A stretch of 64,000 bases of DNA from an uncultured Bacteroidota bacterium. Its GTDB lineage: Bacteria > Bacteroidota > Bacteroidia > Chitinophagales > LD1. Made by a program: the position numbers and the translations under genes. Within the stretch, counting starts at the first letter, position 1. Each line of letters starts with the position of its first letter. Under the pieces are notes generated by a model. That model was not told where the DNA came from and did not search any database. It saw only the letters and a list, made by a program, of their open reading frames with translations. Of this stretch, positions 10,283 through 18,839 are shown piece by piece. The stretch spans positions 12,969 through 76,968 of the forward strand of contig CAIOTH010000134.1 of assembly GCA_903861145.1 (NCBI GenBank), written 5' to 3'.

Positions 10283-11292
10283 AGCGGCACTTTTTGTACC
10301 AGTGGATTCACCTTAATCGCCCCTTGTTCTACCAGCATACCACTAAAAGGGTCGTTAGTAATTAAATAGGGGCCATCTAAATCGGCATAATCTGCCAGCG
10401 GGGTAAGATGAGATGCAGCAGTGCAACCCACTGAAGACTCGCTCATACAGCCAATTAAAACCGATAGCCCTAATGCTCTTGCTCTTTCAATCATCGCAAC
10501 AGCCGGCGAAATGCCGCCACACTTCATTAACTTTATATTTATTCCATCAAAATAATCCGGCAACTGTTCTACATCCTTCAGCGTTTGGCAACTTTCATCA
10601 GCGTAAAAAGGGATTTGGAATTTGGCCATTAACTGTTGCATTACCTCTTCATTACCCACCGGTAAAGGCTGCTCAATAAGCACCGGGTCAAAACGCTCAA
10701 TTGCGCTTATAGCGCCCTCTGCTTCGCCAATAGTTTTCCAGCCCTGGTTTACATCAATTGCAAAAGGCTTGTGCGTTAGCTTTCTTAAATTTTCAACCGT
10801 CTGAAAATCATTTCTGCCGTTTAGCTTGATTTTAAAAAGCTCAAAACCGAAGCGGTCAGCTTCATTTACTTTTGTCCTCATCTCATCAAACGACGATACA
10901 CCCAAAGTATAAGTGCAAAGAGGAAAGGGTTTGGATGGAATACGTAACAACTCTCCTATCGTATGGTTTTCCATTCGCGCTTTTAAATCCCACAAAGCCA
11001 TATCAAGAGCGGCTTTTGCCGACAGATTACCCGGGTAGCGAGCGTCCATTTCTTTAAATATTTCGAACGGATTATAAGGAATTTGAATTCCTGTAATATC
11101 AACTTTCGAAAGAAATTCAATGACCGATTGCTGCGTTTCGGGCAGGTAAGGTGGTAAGGTAGCCTCACCCCAGCCAACAACCTTATCGAGGGTAATACGC
11201 ACATAAACTACATCAGTAGTGGTACGAATGCCATGCGCAATTTTAAACGCGTGTTTGAATTTAAGTTGAAAGGGGAAGAGTTCGAGCTTCAA
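10279..11292 (-). CDS. dipeptide epimerase (enolase superfamily, L-Ala-D/L-Glu epimerase-like)
   Basis: 337 aa. FKIKLNG, IDVNQGW, IEQPLP and ADES motifs are laid out as in the mandelate racemase/muconate lactonizing enzyme family. Confidence 0.8.
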   Translation of the reverse strand: MKLELFPFQLKFKHAFKIAHGIRTTTDVVYVRITLDKVVGWGEATLPPYLPETQQSVIEFLSKVDITGIQIPYNPFEIFKEMDARYPGNLSAKAALDMALWDLKARMENHTIGELLRIPSKPFPLCTYTLGVSSFDEMRTKVNEADRFGFELFKIKLNGRNDFQTVENLRKLTHKPFAIDVNQGWKTIGEAEGAISAIERFDPVLIEQPLPVGNEEVMQQLMAKFQIPFYADESCQTLKDVEQLPDYFDGINIKLMKCGGISPAVAMIERARALGLSVLIGCMSESSVGCTAASHLTPLADYADLDGPYLITNDPFSGMLVEQGAIKVNPLVQKVPL

Positions 11293-11312
11293 TTGTATGC
11301 TTTGTTTATTTC

Positions 11313-11344
11313 AAAAATAAAAAACCCCGCCTTGCAGACGGGGT
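11313..11344 (-). terminator. rho-independent terminator (sucC)
   Basis: On the minus strand, the hairpin accccg-tctgcaagg-cggggt is followed by TTTTTTATTTTT. Confidence 0.75.
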
Positions 11345-11369
11345 CCAATTTTATCTTACTAAGTGTAGA

Positions 11370-12581
11370 TTATCCTAAAGCCGCCTTTACTTCGGCAGCT
11401 GCTTCTTTTAATTGAATAGCGCCCCGTACTTTTAAACCGCTTTCGTCAATTATGCGTTTACCCTCCTCAGCATTGGTGCCTTGCAGGCGCACAATAATTG
11501 GAACCGGTATAGTACCTATTGATTTATAAGCATCAACTATACCCTGTGCAACCCTGTCGCAACGTACAATACCACCAAAAATATTTACCAGTATCGCCTT
11601 TACATGTGGGTCTTTCAAAATAATACGGAAGGCCTTTTCAACGCGTTCTGCGTTAGCTGTTCCACCTACGTCAAGAAAGTTTGCAGGGTCGCCACCGCTT
11701 AGCTTAATAATATCCATGGTGGCCATGGCAAGGCCCGCGCCGTTAACCATACAACCTACGTTACCGTCAAGTTTCACATAGTTCAAATCTGCTGCTGCTG
11801 CTTCAATTTCTGTAGGGTCTTCTTCGTTCAAATCGCGCATGGCTTCAATATCCTTATGGCGATAGAGGGCATTGTCATCTAAACTAATCTTTCCGTCAAC
11901 AGCAATAATTTTACTATCCGAAGTTTTAAGCACGGGGTTAATTTCAACCATGCTGGCATCTGCACCTATGTAGGTGTTATACACTGCGCGAACAAATTTT
12001 ATCATTTCCTTATTCGCATTGCCGCTCAACCCAAGGTTAAAGGCAATTTTACGGCACTGGAAATCCAGCAAGCCTGCACCCGGCTCAATCCATTCTTTCA
12101 AAACCTTATCAGGTGTATGTTCAGCAACTTCTTCAATATCCATACCACCTTCGGTGCTGTAGATAATTACATTTTTACCGGTTCCGCGGTCTAACAGGAT
12201 AGAGAAATATAATTCCTTGGTCGGGCTTTCGCCGGGGTAGTAAACATCCTGGGCAACCAGTATTTTATTCACTAATCTGCCATGGGCGCCGGTTTGTTTG
12301 GTAACCAAAACATGGCCCAAAATGTTGGTAGCAATTTCTTTAACCTTATCGTGGTTTTTGGCTAAAGCAACCCCGTGTTGCTCGGTGCCTCCAATGGTGC
12401 CTTTACCCCGACCGCCGGCATGTATTTGCGATTTTACAACAACCCAGTCGCTATTATAAAGTTCTTTCATTTTTTGGGCCGCAGCAACAGCCTCTTCGGG
12501 TGTTGTAGCCACAATTCCTTCCTGAATGGCCGCACCATTCTTTTTCATTAATTCCTTAGCCTGGTATTCGTGTAGGTTCAT
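11370..12581 (-). CDS. sucC: succinate--CoA ligase (ADP-forming) beta subunit
   Basis: MNLHEYQAKELMKKNG N-terminus, ATP-grasp region and C-terminal GIVRCD...ILVNIFGGI motifs. 403 aa. Terminator at 11313-11344. Confidence 0.95.
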   Translation of the reverse strand: MNLHEYQAKELMKKNGAAIQEGIVATTPEEAVAAAQKMKELYNSDWVVVKSQIHAGGRGKGTIGGTEQHGVALAKNHDKVKEIATNILGHVLVTKQTGAHGRLVNKILVAQDVYYPGESPTKELYFSILLDRGTGKNVIIYSTEGGMDIEEVAEHTPDKVLKEWIEPGAGLLDFQCRKIAFNLGLSGNANKEMIKFVRAVYNTYIGADASMVEINPVLKTSDSKIIAVDGKISLDDNALYRHKDIEAMRDLNEEDPTEIEAAAADLNYVKLDGNVGCMVNGAGLAMATMDIIKLSGGDPANFLDVGGTANAERVEKAFRIILKDPHVKAILVNIFGGIVRCDRVAQGIVDAYKSIGTIPVPIIVRLQGTNAEEGKRIIDESGLKVRGAIQLKEAAAEVKAALG

Positions 12582-12656
12582 GTATTTTGTTTAAGCAGAA
12601 CGAAAGTAATATTCTGCCATGAATAGCCAAATAATTTTCAGCCTTGGGCTATGGGC

Positions 12657-12689
12657 AAAAAAAAAGAGGCCGCTATTTTGCGACCTCCC
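12657..12689 (-). terminator. rho-independent terminator (zinc-finger mini-gene)
   Basis: On the minus strand, the hairpin gaggtcgc-aaaata-gcggcctc (one mismatch) is followed by TTTTTTTTT. Confidence 0.7.
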
Positions 12690-12735
12690 CTTTAACCCAA
12701 TGCTCTGCTGACACTATTTTATTAAAAAGAATAAT

Positions 12736-12948
12736 TTAATCCCAATCTCCCTCATGTGTGGGGCAAAGGTTTCCGTGGCCTTTACATGGTTTGCATTCGG
12801 CATCTCGAAACTGCCCGCTGCCTTTGCACATGCCACATTCTCTTAATCCATGGCCGCACCAATAGCAATATGCACGTTTTGCAGTAATCATTACACTTAA
12901 CTGTAGTATCTTTTTTGCGGTATATCCTTGTGGTGCATTTGCTTTCAT
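12736..12948 (-). CDS. small DnaJ-type zinc-finger protein
   Basis: 70-aa ORF with CYWCGHG, CGMCKGSG and CKPCKGHG (CxxCxGxG-type repeats). A rho-independent terminator lies downstream at 12657-12689. Confidence 0.55.
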   Translation of the reverse strand: MKANAPQGYTAKKILQLSVMITAKRAYCYWCGHGLRECGMCKGSGQFRDAECKPCKGHGNLCPTHEGDWD

Positions 12949-13030
12949 TTTACCGTATTTATACTGTTATGGATATAATATCGAACCTATTAATTTGGTA
13001 GTGCAAAGATGCTTAACCAGTTGCCTGGTA

Positions 13031-13251
13031 CGTTACACAATTCCTAAAAGGAGTTACACAATTCCCACATATTGCAATTTAACAAAAGATAAAGCCGCTT
13101 CAATACCAGTTGCTAAAAGACATCGCTCACCTGCAACATTCGCCGTTATAGCAAAGTTCATTCCATCCTGGTAAATAATCCATAACCCAATGCTTGCATA
13201 GCAAGTGTTTTAAGTGGGAATTGTGTAACTCCTTTAAAGAATTATGTAACG
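13031..13251. repeat. 38-bp imperfect inverted repeat pair (13031-13068 / 13214-13251) flanking a 145-bp segment
   Basis: The left arm is cgttacacaattcctaaaaggagttacacaattcccac. The reverse complement of the right arm is cgttacataattctttaaaggagttacacaattcccac (35/38 identical). Each arm carries two copies of GTTACA(C/T)AATTC spaced 20 bp apart. Confidence 0.9.
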
Positions 13252-13312
13252 CATGCGCTTATAAAGGCATCAACTTTACATGGTGAAGGTTATTCACAAA
13301 TAAAAAACAGAA

Positions 13313-14068
13313 ATGAAAAACAATCAAAATAAACCTGGCAATAAAAAGGAAGGAAAAACGAATAGTGGTACTTTCGAAACAGGAATACCCGACACAGATG
13401 TATTGGGCATGCAAAATACTAACCAGGCTACAGCCGACAAAATTCATTCATCAAGGCCGATAATAAGCAAAGAGAGTAAAAACGGTAAGAACAACCTAAA
13501 AAATACAAGCCTTTTGGTGGGTCTTATTATTACGTCAATGTTGTTTAGTGCATGCAATTCAAACGGTACAATAGAAAAAACTGAAGCCGCCACTGTAGAA
13601 AGCATTGAATCGGCTAATGGAAAGGTAAATGCCGATGACGCCCGGTTTGCTATAGAGGCAGCAAGCGGAGGCATGCTTGAAGTTGAATTAGGTAAGCTTT
13701 GCCCCATGCAGGCTAATAATTTTCATGTAAAAACCTTTGGGGCTATGATGGTAGACGACCATACCCAGGCGAATAACGAATTAAAAAGCATAGCAGCCAA
13801 CAAGAACTTAACATTACCGGTTACAATGAATAATAAGGATCAGAAAATGTACGATGACCTGAAAAAGAAAACAGGAAGTGATTTTGACAACGCCTACATA
13901 CAGATGATGGTGAGTGATCACGAAAAGGATTTAAGCGATTTCAAAAAAGAATCTGCAGAAGGCAAAGATGCCGATATAAGTTCTTTCGCTACTAAAACAC
14001 TACCTGTTTTGCAAAAACATATGGAGGCGGCAAAAGCTGCGCAGCAAGCCATTATGGGTAAAAGTTAA
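13313..14068 (+). CDS. DUF4142 domain-containing lipoprotein
   Basis: Lipobox LFSACNS. DARFAIEAASGGMLEVELGKL...MMVDDHTQANNELKSIA...MVSDHEKDLSDF matches the duplicated four-helix DUF4142 pattern. Confidence 0.75.
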   Translation: MKNNQNKPGNKKEGKTNSGTFETGIPDTDVLGMQNTNQATADKIHSSRPIISKESKNGKNNLKNTSLLVGLIITSMLFSACNSNGTIEKTEAATVESIESANGKVNADDARFAIEAASGGMLEVELGKLCPMQANNFHVKTFGAMMVDDHTQANNELKSIAANKNLTLPVTMNNKDQKMYDDLKKKTGSDFDNAYIQMMVSDHEKDLSDFKKESAEGKDADISSFATKTLPVLQKHMEAAKAAQQAIMGKS

Positions 14069-14129
14069 TTGAATTTATTTTTCGATTGCCTTGTAACGGG
14101 CTAATTGATAACTATCTAAATCTGGCCCA

Positions 14130-14567
14130 ATGAATTACTTAAAGGTATTTTTAGCCGGGCTAATTGCCACCGGTGTTATGACGGGCTTTATGGCCCTTGC
14201 ACCATACATCGGTCTCCCAAATATGAATGCGGGTGAAATACTCGGCTCGATGTTTGGTGGAAACAGGATTATAGGCTGGGCAGAACATTTTGTAGCAGGC
14301 ATTATTTTTGCATTTATATACGCCAAATTTGTTAACCGGTTATTGCCGGTTGAAAACAATATAGCCCGGGGCACAATTTATGGCATCCTGCTATTCATTC
14401 TTTCTGAAATAGTTTTTACCGCCATCAACGTTTTAGGATACCTAAGCTGGCATCAAAAAGAATCAATGGCATTAATGGTTTTTGGCGAAATATTGGCTTG
14501 CCTGCTATATGGCGCGGTGTTAGGGGTTTTTATAACCAAAGTAAGGGATGCCCCGCGAGGCAAGTAA
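14130..14567 (+). CDS. small integral membrane protein (4 predicted TM helices)
   Basis: 145-aa hydrophobic ORF with four long hydrophobic stretches. No family recognised. Confidence 0.6.
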   Translation: MNYLKVFLAGLIATGVMTGFMALAPYIGLPNMNAGEILGSMFGGNRIIGWAEHFVAGIIFAFIYAKFVNRLLPVENNIARGTIYGILLFILSEIVFTAINVLGYLSWHQKESMALMVFGEILACLLYGAVLGVFITKVRDAPRGK

Positions 14568-14630
14568 TGGGTTGAATAGCCAGCGTAGTAGCTGCTTCTA
14601 TTGTATCAGTCATTATTTTATCTTCACGCA

Positions 14631-15290
14631 ATGATTTTAGAAGCAACGGATATACGCAAGCGCTATGGAGCGCTGGAAGTATTAAAAGGCGTATCGCTTT
14701 CAGTTAAAAAGGGAGAGATAGTATCGTTGGTGGGGCCATCGGGTGCCGGCAAATCTACACTGTTACATATTATGGGCACGCTTGATAAACCAGATGCCGG
14801 AAAAATAATTATTGAAGGCAAAGAAGTTGCCATGCAAAATGAAAAAGCGTTATCGGCTTTTCGCAATAAAAGCATTGGCTTTATCTTCCAGTTTCACCAC
14901 CTGTTACCCGAGTTTACAGCTATTGAAAATGTTTGTATACCCGCATTTATAGCCGGAGTTTCAAAAAAACAAGCCGAGCAAAAGGCGACCGAACTACTTG
15001 ACTTATTAAAACTAAGCCATCGCATTAACCATAAACCAACCGAGCTATCGGGCGGAGAGCAACAACGCGTGGCAGTAGCCCGTGCCTTAATCAATAACCC
15101 TTCGCTAATAATGGCCGATGAACCCTCAGGCAACCTTGATACTAATAACGCCCATGATTTACACAAGCTGTTCTTCGAGTTACGTGACCGGTTAGACCAA
15201 ACTTTTGTCATTGTAACACATAATGAGGACTTAGCAAACATGGCGGATAGGAAAGTGAATATGAAGGATGGGCTAATTTCAAGTTCCTAA
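14631..15290 (+). CDS. lolD: ABC transporter ATP-binding protein, LolD/MacB-type
   Basis: Walker [10 protein letters not shown], signature [15 protein letters not shown] and Walker [12 protein letters not shown]. The ATG at 14631 is preferred over the track TTG at 14601. Confidence 0.88.
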   Translation: MILEATDIRKRYGALEVLKGVSLSVKKGEIVSLVGPSGAGKSTLLHIMGTLDKPDAGKIIIEGKEVAMQNEKALSAFRNKSIGFIFQFHHLLPEFTAIENVCIPAFIAGVSKKQAEQKATELLDLLKLSHRINHKPTELSGGEQQRVAVARALINNPSLIMADEPSGNLDTNNAHDLHKLFFELRDRLDQTFVIVTHNEDLANMADRKVNMKDGLISSS

Positions 15291-15342
15291 TTACGAGTTT
15301 GCCATTTTAAACTCGGAACTAGAAACCCGAAACTCGAAATTT

Positions 15343-16704
15343 TTATGCCATCGCTTCAATCAAATCAAACTCGGTAATAATGTTTATTGAGCCGCTGTTT
15401 GCTTTAACGAGTACTGCTGTATTTTCTTTCGATATGTGTTTTGAAATATCGGCTGCTGTAGAAGTAATAGCCACAAAAGGAAATGGCTTGCCCATTACTT
15501 TGCCTACTTCTTCATCGCGGTGATATGGATTATCCATCAGTAATTGAAGTATCTGGTGTTCGGTAATACTGCCGTTGTTGTTAGCCCCATCCATTACCGG
15601 TAATTGTGTAATGTGCAGGTCCTTCATTTTACGGAAAGCAGAAACCACTGTTTCTTTCGGGTCGGCAAAAACAAGCTCGCGTATTTGTTTGCGCTCGATG
15701 ATGGTTTTAGCGGTTATAATTTCATCCACTAAAAATCCGCGTTCGCGCATCCAATCGTCGTTATAAATTTTGGCTAAGTAGCGGCTGCCGTGATCGTGCA
15801 GAATAATTACAACTACATCATCCTTTTTAAACTTGTCTTTAAGCTGCATTAAGCCCTGCATTACCGTGCCTGCGCTATAGCCACAAAACAGGCCTTCTTC
15901 GCGGGCCAGTTTGCGGGCCATAATGGCGCCATCTTTATCAGTAACCTGCTCAATGTGGTCAATGTATTTCATATCGTAATTCTGGGGAATAAAGTCCTCA
16001 CCTATTCCCTCTGTTACGTATGGGTAAACCTCCTTGTCATCTAATTCTCCGGTATCATGAAATTTCTTTAACAAAGAACCGTAAACGTCAATGCCATAAA
16101 CCTTAACGTTCGGGTTCTTTTCTTTTAAATACATGGCAACACCCATTACCGTGCCCCCGGTACCAATAGTGGTAACATAGTGTGTTACCTTTCCTTCAGT
16201 TTGTTCCCAAATTTCGGGGCCGGTGGTTTCGTAGTGAGCGGCGCGGTTGCTTAGGTTATCGTACTGGTTCATGTGCACCGAATTCGGTATTTCTTTAGCC
16301 AGCCTTTTGGCGATAGAATAATACGAACGCGGGTCTTCAGGCTCAACATTAGTAGGGCATACAATCACTTCTGCACCTAGCGACCTTAAAATATCCAGCT
16401 TTTGTTTCGATTGTTTATCGGTGGTGGTAAATATGCACTTATAACCTTTAATAACCGAAGCCAGGGCCAGGCCCATACCGGTGTTACCCGAAGTACACTC
16501 AATAATAGTTCCACCCGGCTTTAAACGCCCATCGCGCTCGGCGTCTTCAACCATCTTAATCCCAATACGGTCTTTAATCGAGTTGCCGGGGTTGAAATAC
16601 TCTACCTTGGCTAAAAACAAACCAGGCACATCTTTAGTAATCTTATTGATTTTAACCAGCGGTGTTCTGCCAATGGTTTCTACTATGTTATTGAAGTATT
16701 GCAT
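15343..16704 (-). CDS. cystathionine beta-synthase-like PLP enzyme with C-terminal CBS pair
   Basis: GRTPLVKIN...EYFNPGNSIKDRIG (PLP lysine), TSGNTGMGLA, and a C-terminal ~120 aa with two CBS-like modules. Confidence 0.85.
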   Translation of the reverse strand: MQYFNNIVETIGRTPLVKINKITKDVPGLFLAKVEYFNPGNSIKDRIGIKMVEDAERDGRLKPGGTIIECTSGNTGMGLALASVIKGYKCIFTTTDKQSKQKLDILRSLGAEVIVCPTNVEPEDPRSYYSIAKRLAKEIPNSVHMNQYDNLSNRAAHYETTGPEIWEQTEGKVTHYVTTIGTGGTVMGVAMYLKEKNPNVKVYGIDVYGSLLKKFHDTGELDDKEVYPYVTEGIGEDFIPQNYDMKYIDHIEQVTDKDGAIMARKLAREEGLFCGYSAGTVMQGLMQLKDKFKKDDVVVIILHDHGSRYLAKIYNDDWMRERGFLVDEIITAKTIIERKQIRELVFADPKETVVSAFRKMKDLHITQLPVMDGANNNGSITEHQILQLLMDNPYHRDEEVGKVMGKPFPFVAITSTAADISKHISKENTAVLVKANSGSINIITEFDLIEAMA

Positions 16705-16730
16705 ACTGCTTTATTTAAAAAATAATTAGG

Positions 16731-16815
16731 CCACGAAGGCACAAAGACACTACGAAATACAAATCTATAAAATCAGTCGCCATCAAAAACTTTGTGCCTT
16801 AGTGTCTTTGTGGCA
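16731..16815. repeat. hairpin-forming element made of inverted CTTNGTGN octamer triplets
   Basis: The left arm ccacgaag gcacaaag acactacg and right arm ctttgtgc cttagtgt ctttgtgg share a 13-bp perfect complementary core: cacaaagacacta at 16740-16752 and tagtgtctttgtg at 16800-16812. Confidence 0.8.
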
Positions 16816-16825
16816 GGGTATTATC

Positions 16826-17335
16826 TTATAAATCAGCCTCAACTAATTCTTTCATTTTTTCTACAAACACCAAAGTAGCCGGGCAATGTGCTAAGTTATT
16901 AATGTAAGTCTTCTCCTCGGCCTGGTATAAAAAGTCACGCCTAACAAAATGCGGAAACTGGGCGCAATCATCAGGCCTTATTTCGTAAATACTGCACATG
17001 TTGTTTTTACCCAAAAACTGGCATGGCGTACTTTGATTAACGATATCCTTATTTTCATCCACTTTCAACCACTTATCATAAAACTGCTGGTAGCTCAATT
17101 TAAAGTGCTTCGAAATACGGTTAATATCTTTACGGGTATAAGTGGGGGTCATGGTTTTGCAGCAATTTCCGCAGCTAAGGCAAGCCACTTCTTTCCATAC
17201 TTCCTTATCGGCAGCAACAACGGTTTTTAATATCCCCTTTGGCTTGGATTTTGCAAGTTTCTTTAAAAATTTACCCAGGTCTTTCCTTTTTCTATAAGCC
17301 CTGCGTTTGTATTTCTTAATGTCGAGTTCGGCCAT
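16826..17335 (-). CDS. YkgJ-family cysteine-cluster protein (UPF0153)
   Basis: CLSCGNCCKT motif plus later C..C residues, typical of the YkgJ zinc/iron-chelating family. 169 aa. Confidence 0.75.
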   Translation of the reverse strand: MAELDIKKYKRRAYRKRKDLGKFLKKLAKSKPKGILKTVVAADKEVWKEVACLSCGNCCKTMTPTYTRKDINRISKHFKLSYQQFYDKWLKVDENKDIVNQSTPCQFLGKNNMCSIYEIRPDDCAQFPHFVRRDFLYQAEEKTYINNLAHCPATLVFVEKMKELVEADL

Positions 17336-17448
17336 AAATTAATTTAAATGAAAGGGCCGAAAATAAGGATTTGGTTTGTGTATCATAATAAATGAGCAAA
17401 GTGGTTTTGCACCGTGACGTTTATCATGCCTTTTTAAGCTTTATGAGC

Positions 17449-17456
17449 TATTTTTG
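17449..17456 (+). promoter_or_regulatory. -7 box TATTTTTG
   Basis: Exact TAnnTTTG, 65 nt upstream of the usp ATG at 17521. Confidence 0.4.
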
Positions 17457-17520
17457 CATTATATTTAAACGAAACAGGGTTTTTATTTGTTAGTTTAAAA
17501 CAATCTCTAAAAAACACTTT

Positions 17521-18357
17521 ATGAGCAAGAAAATATTAGCCGCCTTCGACGGCACCAAATACTCGGATGGTGCTTCGAAATATGCCATTGAAATTGCCAA
17601 GGTTACCGATTCGCTTTTGGTAGGTGTTTTTGTTCAGGATATGCGTTACATCAATTTTACCTACGCTTACGCCTGGGACCAACCCTTTGTTGATTTAAGC
17701 TCGATTGAAGCCTCGCAAAAAGAAGAGAAGGAAAAAATTGATTTAAACATTAAGCTTTTCCACCGCGCCTGCGAGGAAAAAGGAATAAAACATAAAGTCC
17801 ACTTAGACCGGGGCGTACCGCTACAGGAACTATTGCATGAAAGCGCTTATTCCGACCTTATTATTATCGATTCGCACACCAGCTTTTTTACAATTGGCAA
17901 TAATCAACCAAGTCCTTTTCTAAAAGACTTCCTTACCGATTCGCATTGCCCGGTGTTAATTGTGCCTCATACTTATTCGTTTTTTGATAAGGCCGTTTTG
18001 TGTTATGATGGAACCCCATCAAGTGTCCACGCCATTAAGGCATTCAGTTACTTATTCCCCCAGCTTGAAGACTTAAAAACTGTGGTGTTGACCGTTAACG
18101 AACAATCAACCAACCATTTAAAAGAAGGGCATAATTTTAAAGATCTGGTTAACATGCATTTTAAGAATGTAGATTACGAAGTGCTAAACGGTAACGCCAA
18201 TGAGGAGCTGATTAAATACCTTAAATTAAACAGCGAACACTCGATTGTTGTAATGGGCGCTTACGGACGAAACGCTATTTCAAGGTTGTTTCATCAAAGT
18301 CTTAGTAATAAAGTTATTCAAGAGGTTAGTTCGCCGGTGTTTATTACTCACCAATAA
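17521..18357 (+). CDS. tandem universal stress protein (UspA) domain protein
   Basis: Two Usp-like halves (ILAAFDGTKYSDGASKYAIEIA... and VLCYDGTPSSVHAIKAF...VVMGAYGRNAISRLFHQS). Promoter box at 17449-17456. Confidence 0.8.
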   Translation: MSKKILAAFDGTKYSDGASKYAIEIAKVTDSLLVGVFVQDMRYINFTYAYAWDQPFVDLSSIEASQKEEKEKIDLNIKLFHRACEEKGIKHKVHLDRGVPLQELLHESAYSDLIIIDSHTSFFTIGNNQPSPFLKDFLTDSHCPVLIVPHTYSFFDKAVLCYDGTPSSVHAIKAFSYLFPQLEDLKTVVLTVNEQSTNHLKEGHNFKDLVNMHFKNVDYEVLNGNANEELIKYLKLNSEHSIVVMGAYGRNAISRLFHQSLSNKVIQEVSSPVFITHQ

Positions 18358-18386
18358 CGTATATTTAAACCACAAAACCCCATACT

Positions 18387-18764
18387 ATGAAAGCATCAAT
18401 CAACTCACTACACCACCAGGACATAGATTGGTTACGCGAACTCGACTTTTACAAAGGCGAAATAGCCATACTTGCCAAACGCCTTGAAGAAATAATTTCC
18501 GCTAATACCCACACCGAGGTAACCAGTCAGGTTGAGCATTTTCAAAACAAATTTATTGTATTGAGAGAAGTGATTGACACCCTTGGCCACGACATTAAAG
18601 GCCGCGAAGGTGCGGTTGAAAGGGCCTCTGAAAAGAACCCCAATCATGTTAACGAACATAGCCAAAGGTTGAACAACGAACTTTTTAACAGGATGAAAAA
18701 CCTGGCCGCCGATTTTGCCAATAGCAGGTTTGAGCTTAACCAGTTTTTATTTAAAGCAATGTAG
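18387..18764 (+). CDS. hypothetical protein (helical)
   Basis: 125-aa ORF, 29 bp downstream of the usp gene and followed by a 14-bp-stem terminator at 18788-18837. No family recognised. Confidence 0.55.
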   Translation: MKASINSLHHQDIDWLRELDFYKGEIAILAKRLEEIISANTHTEVTSQVEHFQNKFIVLREVIDTLGHDIKGREGAVERASEKNPNHVNEHSQRLNNELFNRMKNLAADFANSRFELNQFLFKAM

Positions 18765-18787
18765 AGATTACAGCTTTACAGTTTTTA

Positions 18788-18837
18788 TACGAAAGCCGTC
18801 GTATTGCTCTGCAAACCGACGGCTTTCGTACTTTTTA
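18788..18837 (+). terminator. rho-independent terminator (usp / hypothetical gene unit)
   Basis: A 14-bp perfect stem tacgaaagccgtcg/cgacggctttcgta followed by CTTTTT. Confidence 0.75.
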
Positions 18838-18839
18838 AA

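Noticed and set aside
12961-12995. GGTTCGA-like T-loop sequence (minus strand), considered as a tRNA
   Set aside because: No flanking T-stem complementarity, acceptor stem or anticodon arm could be built.
16705-16825. Possible SAM riboswitch upstream of the cystathionine beta-synthase gene
   Set aside because: The region is occupied by the octamer hairpin element, and none of the SAM-I conserved core sequence was seen.
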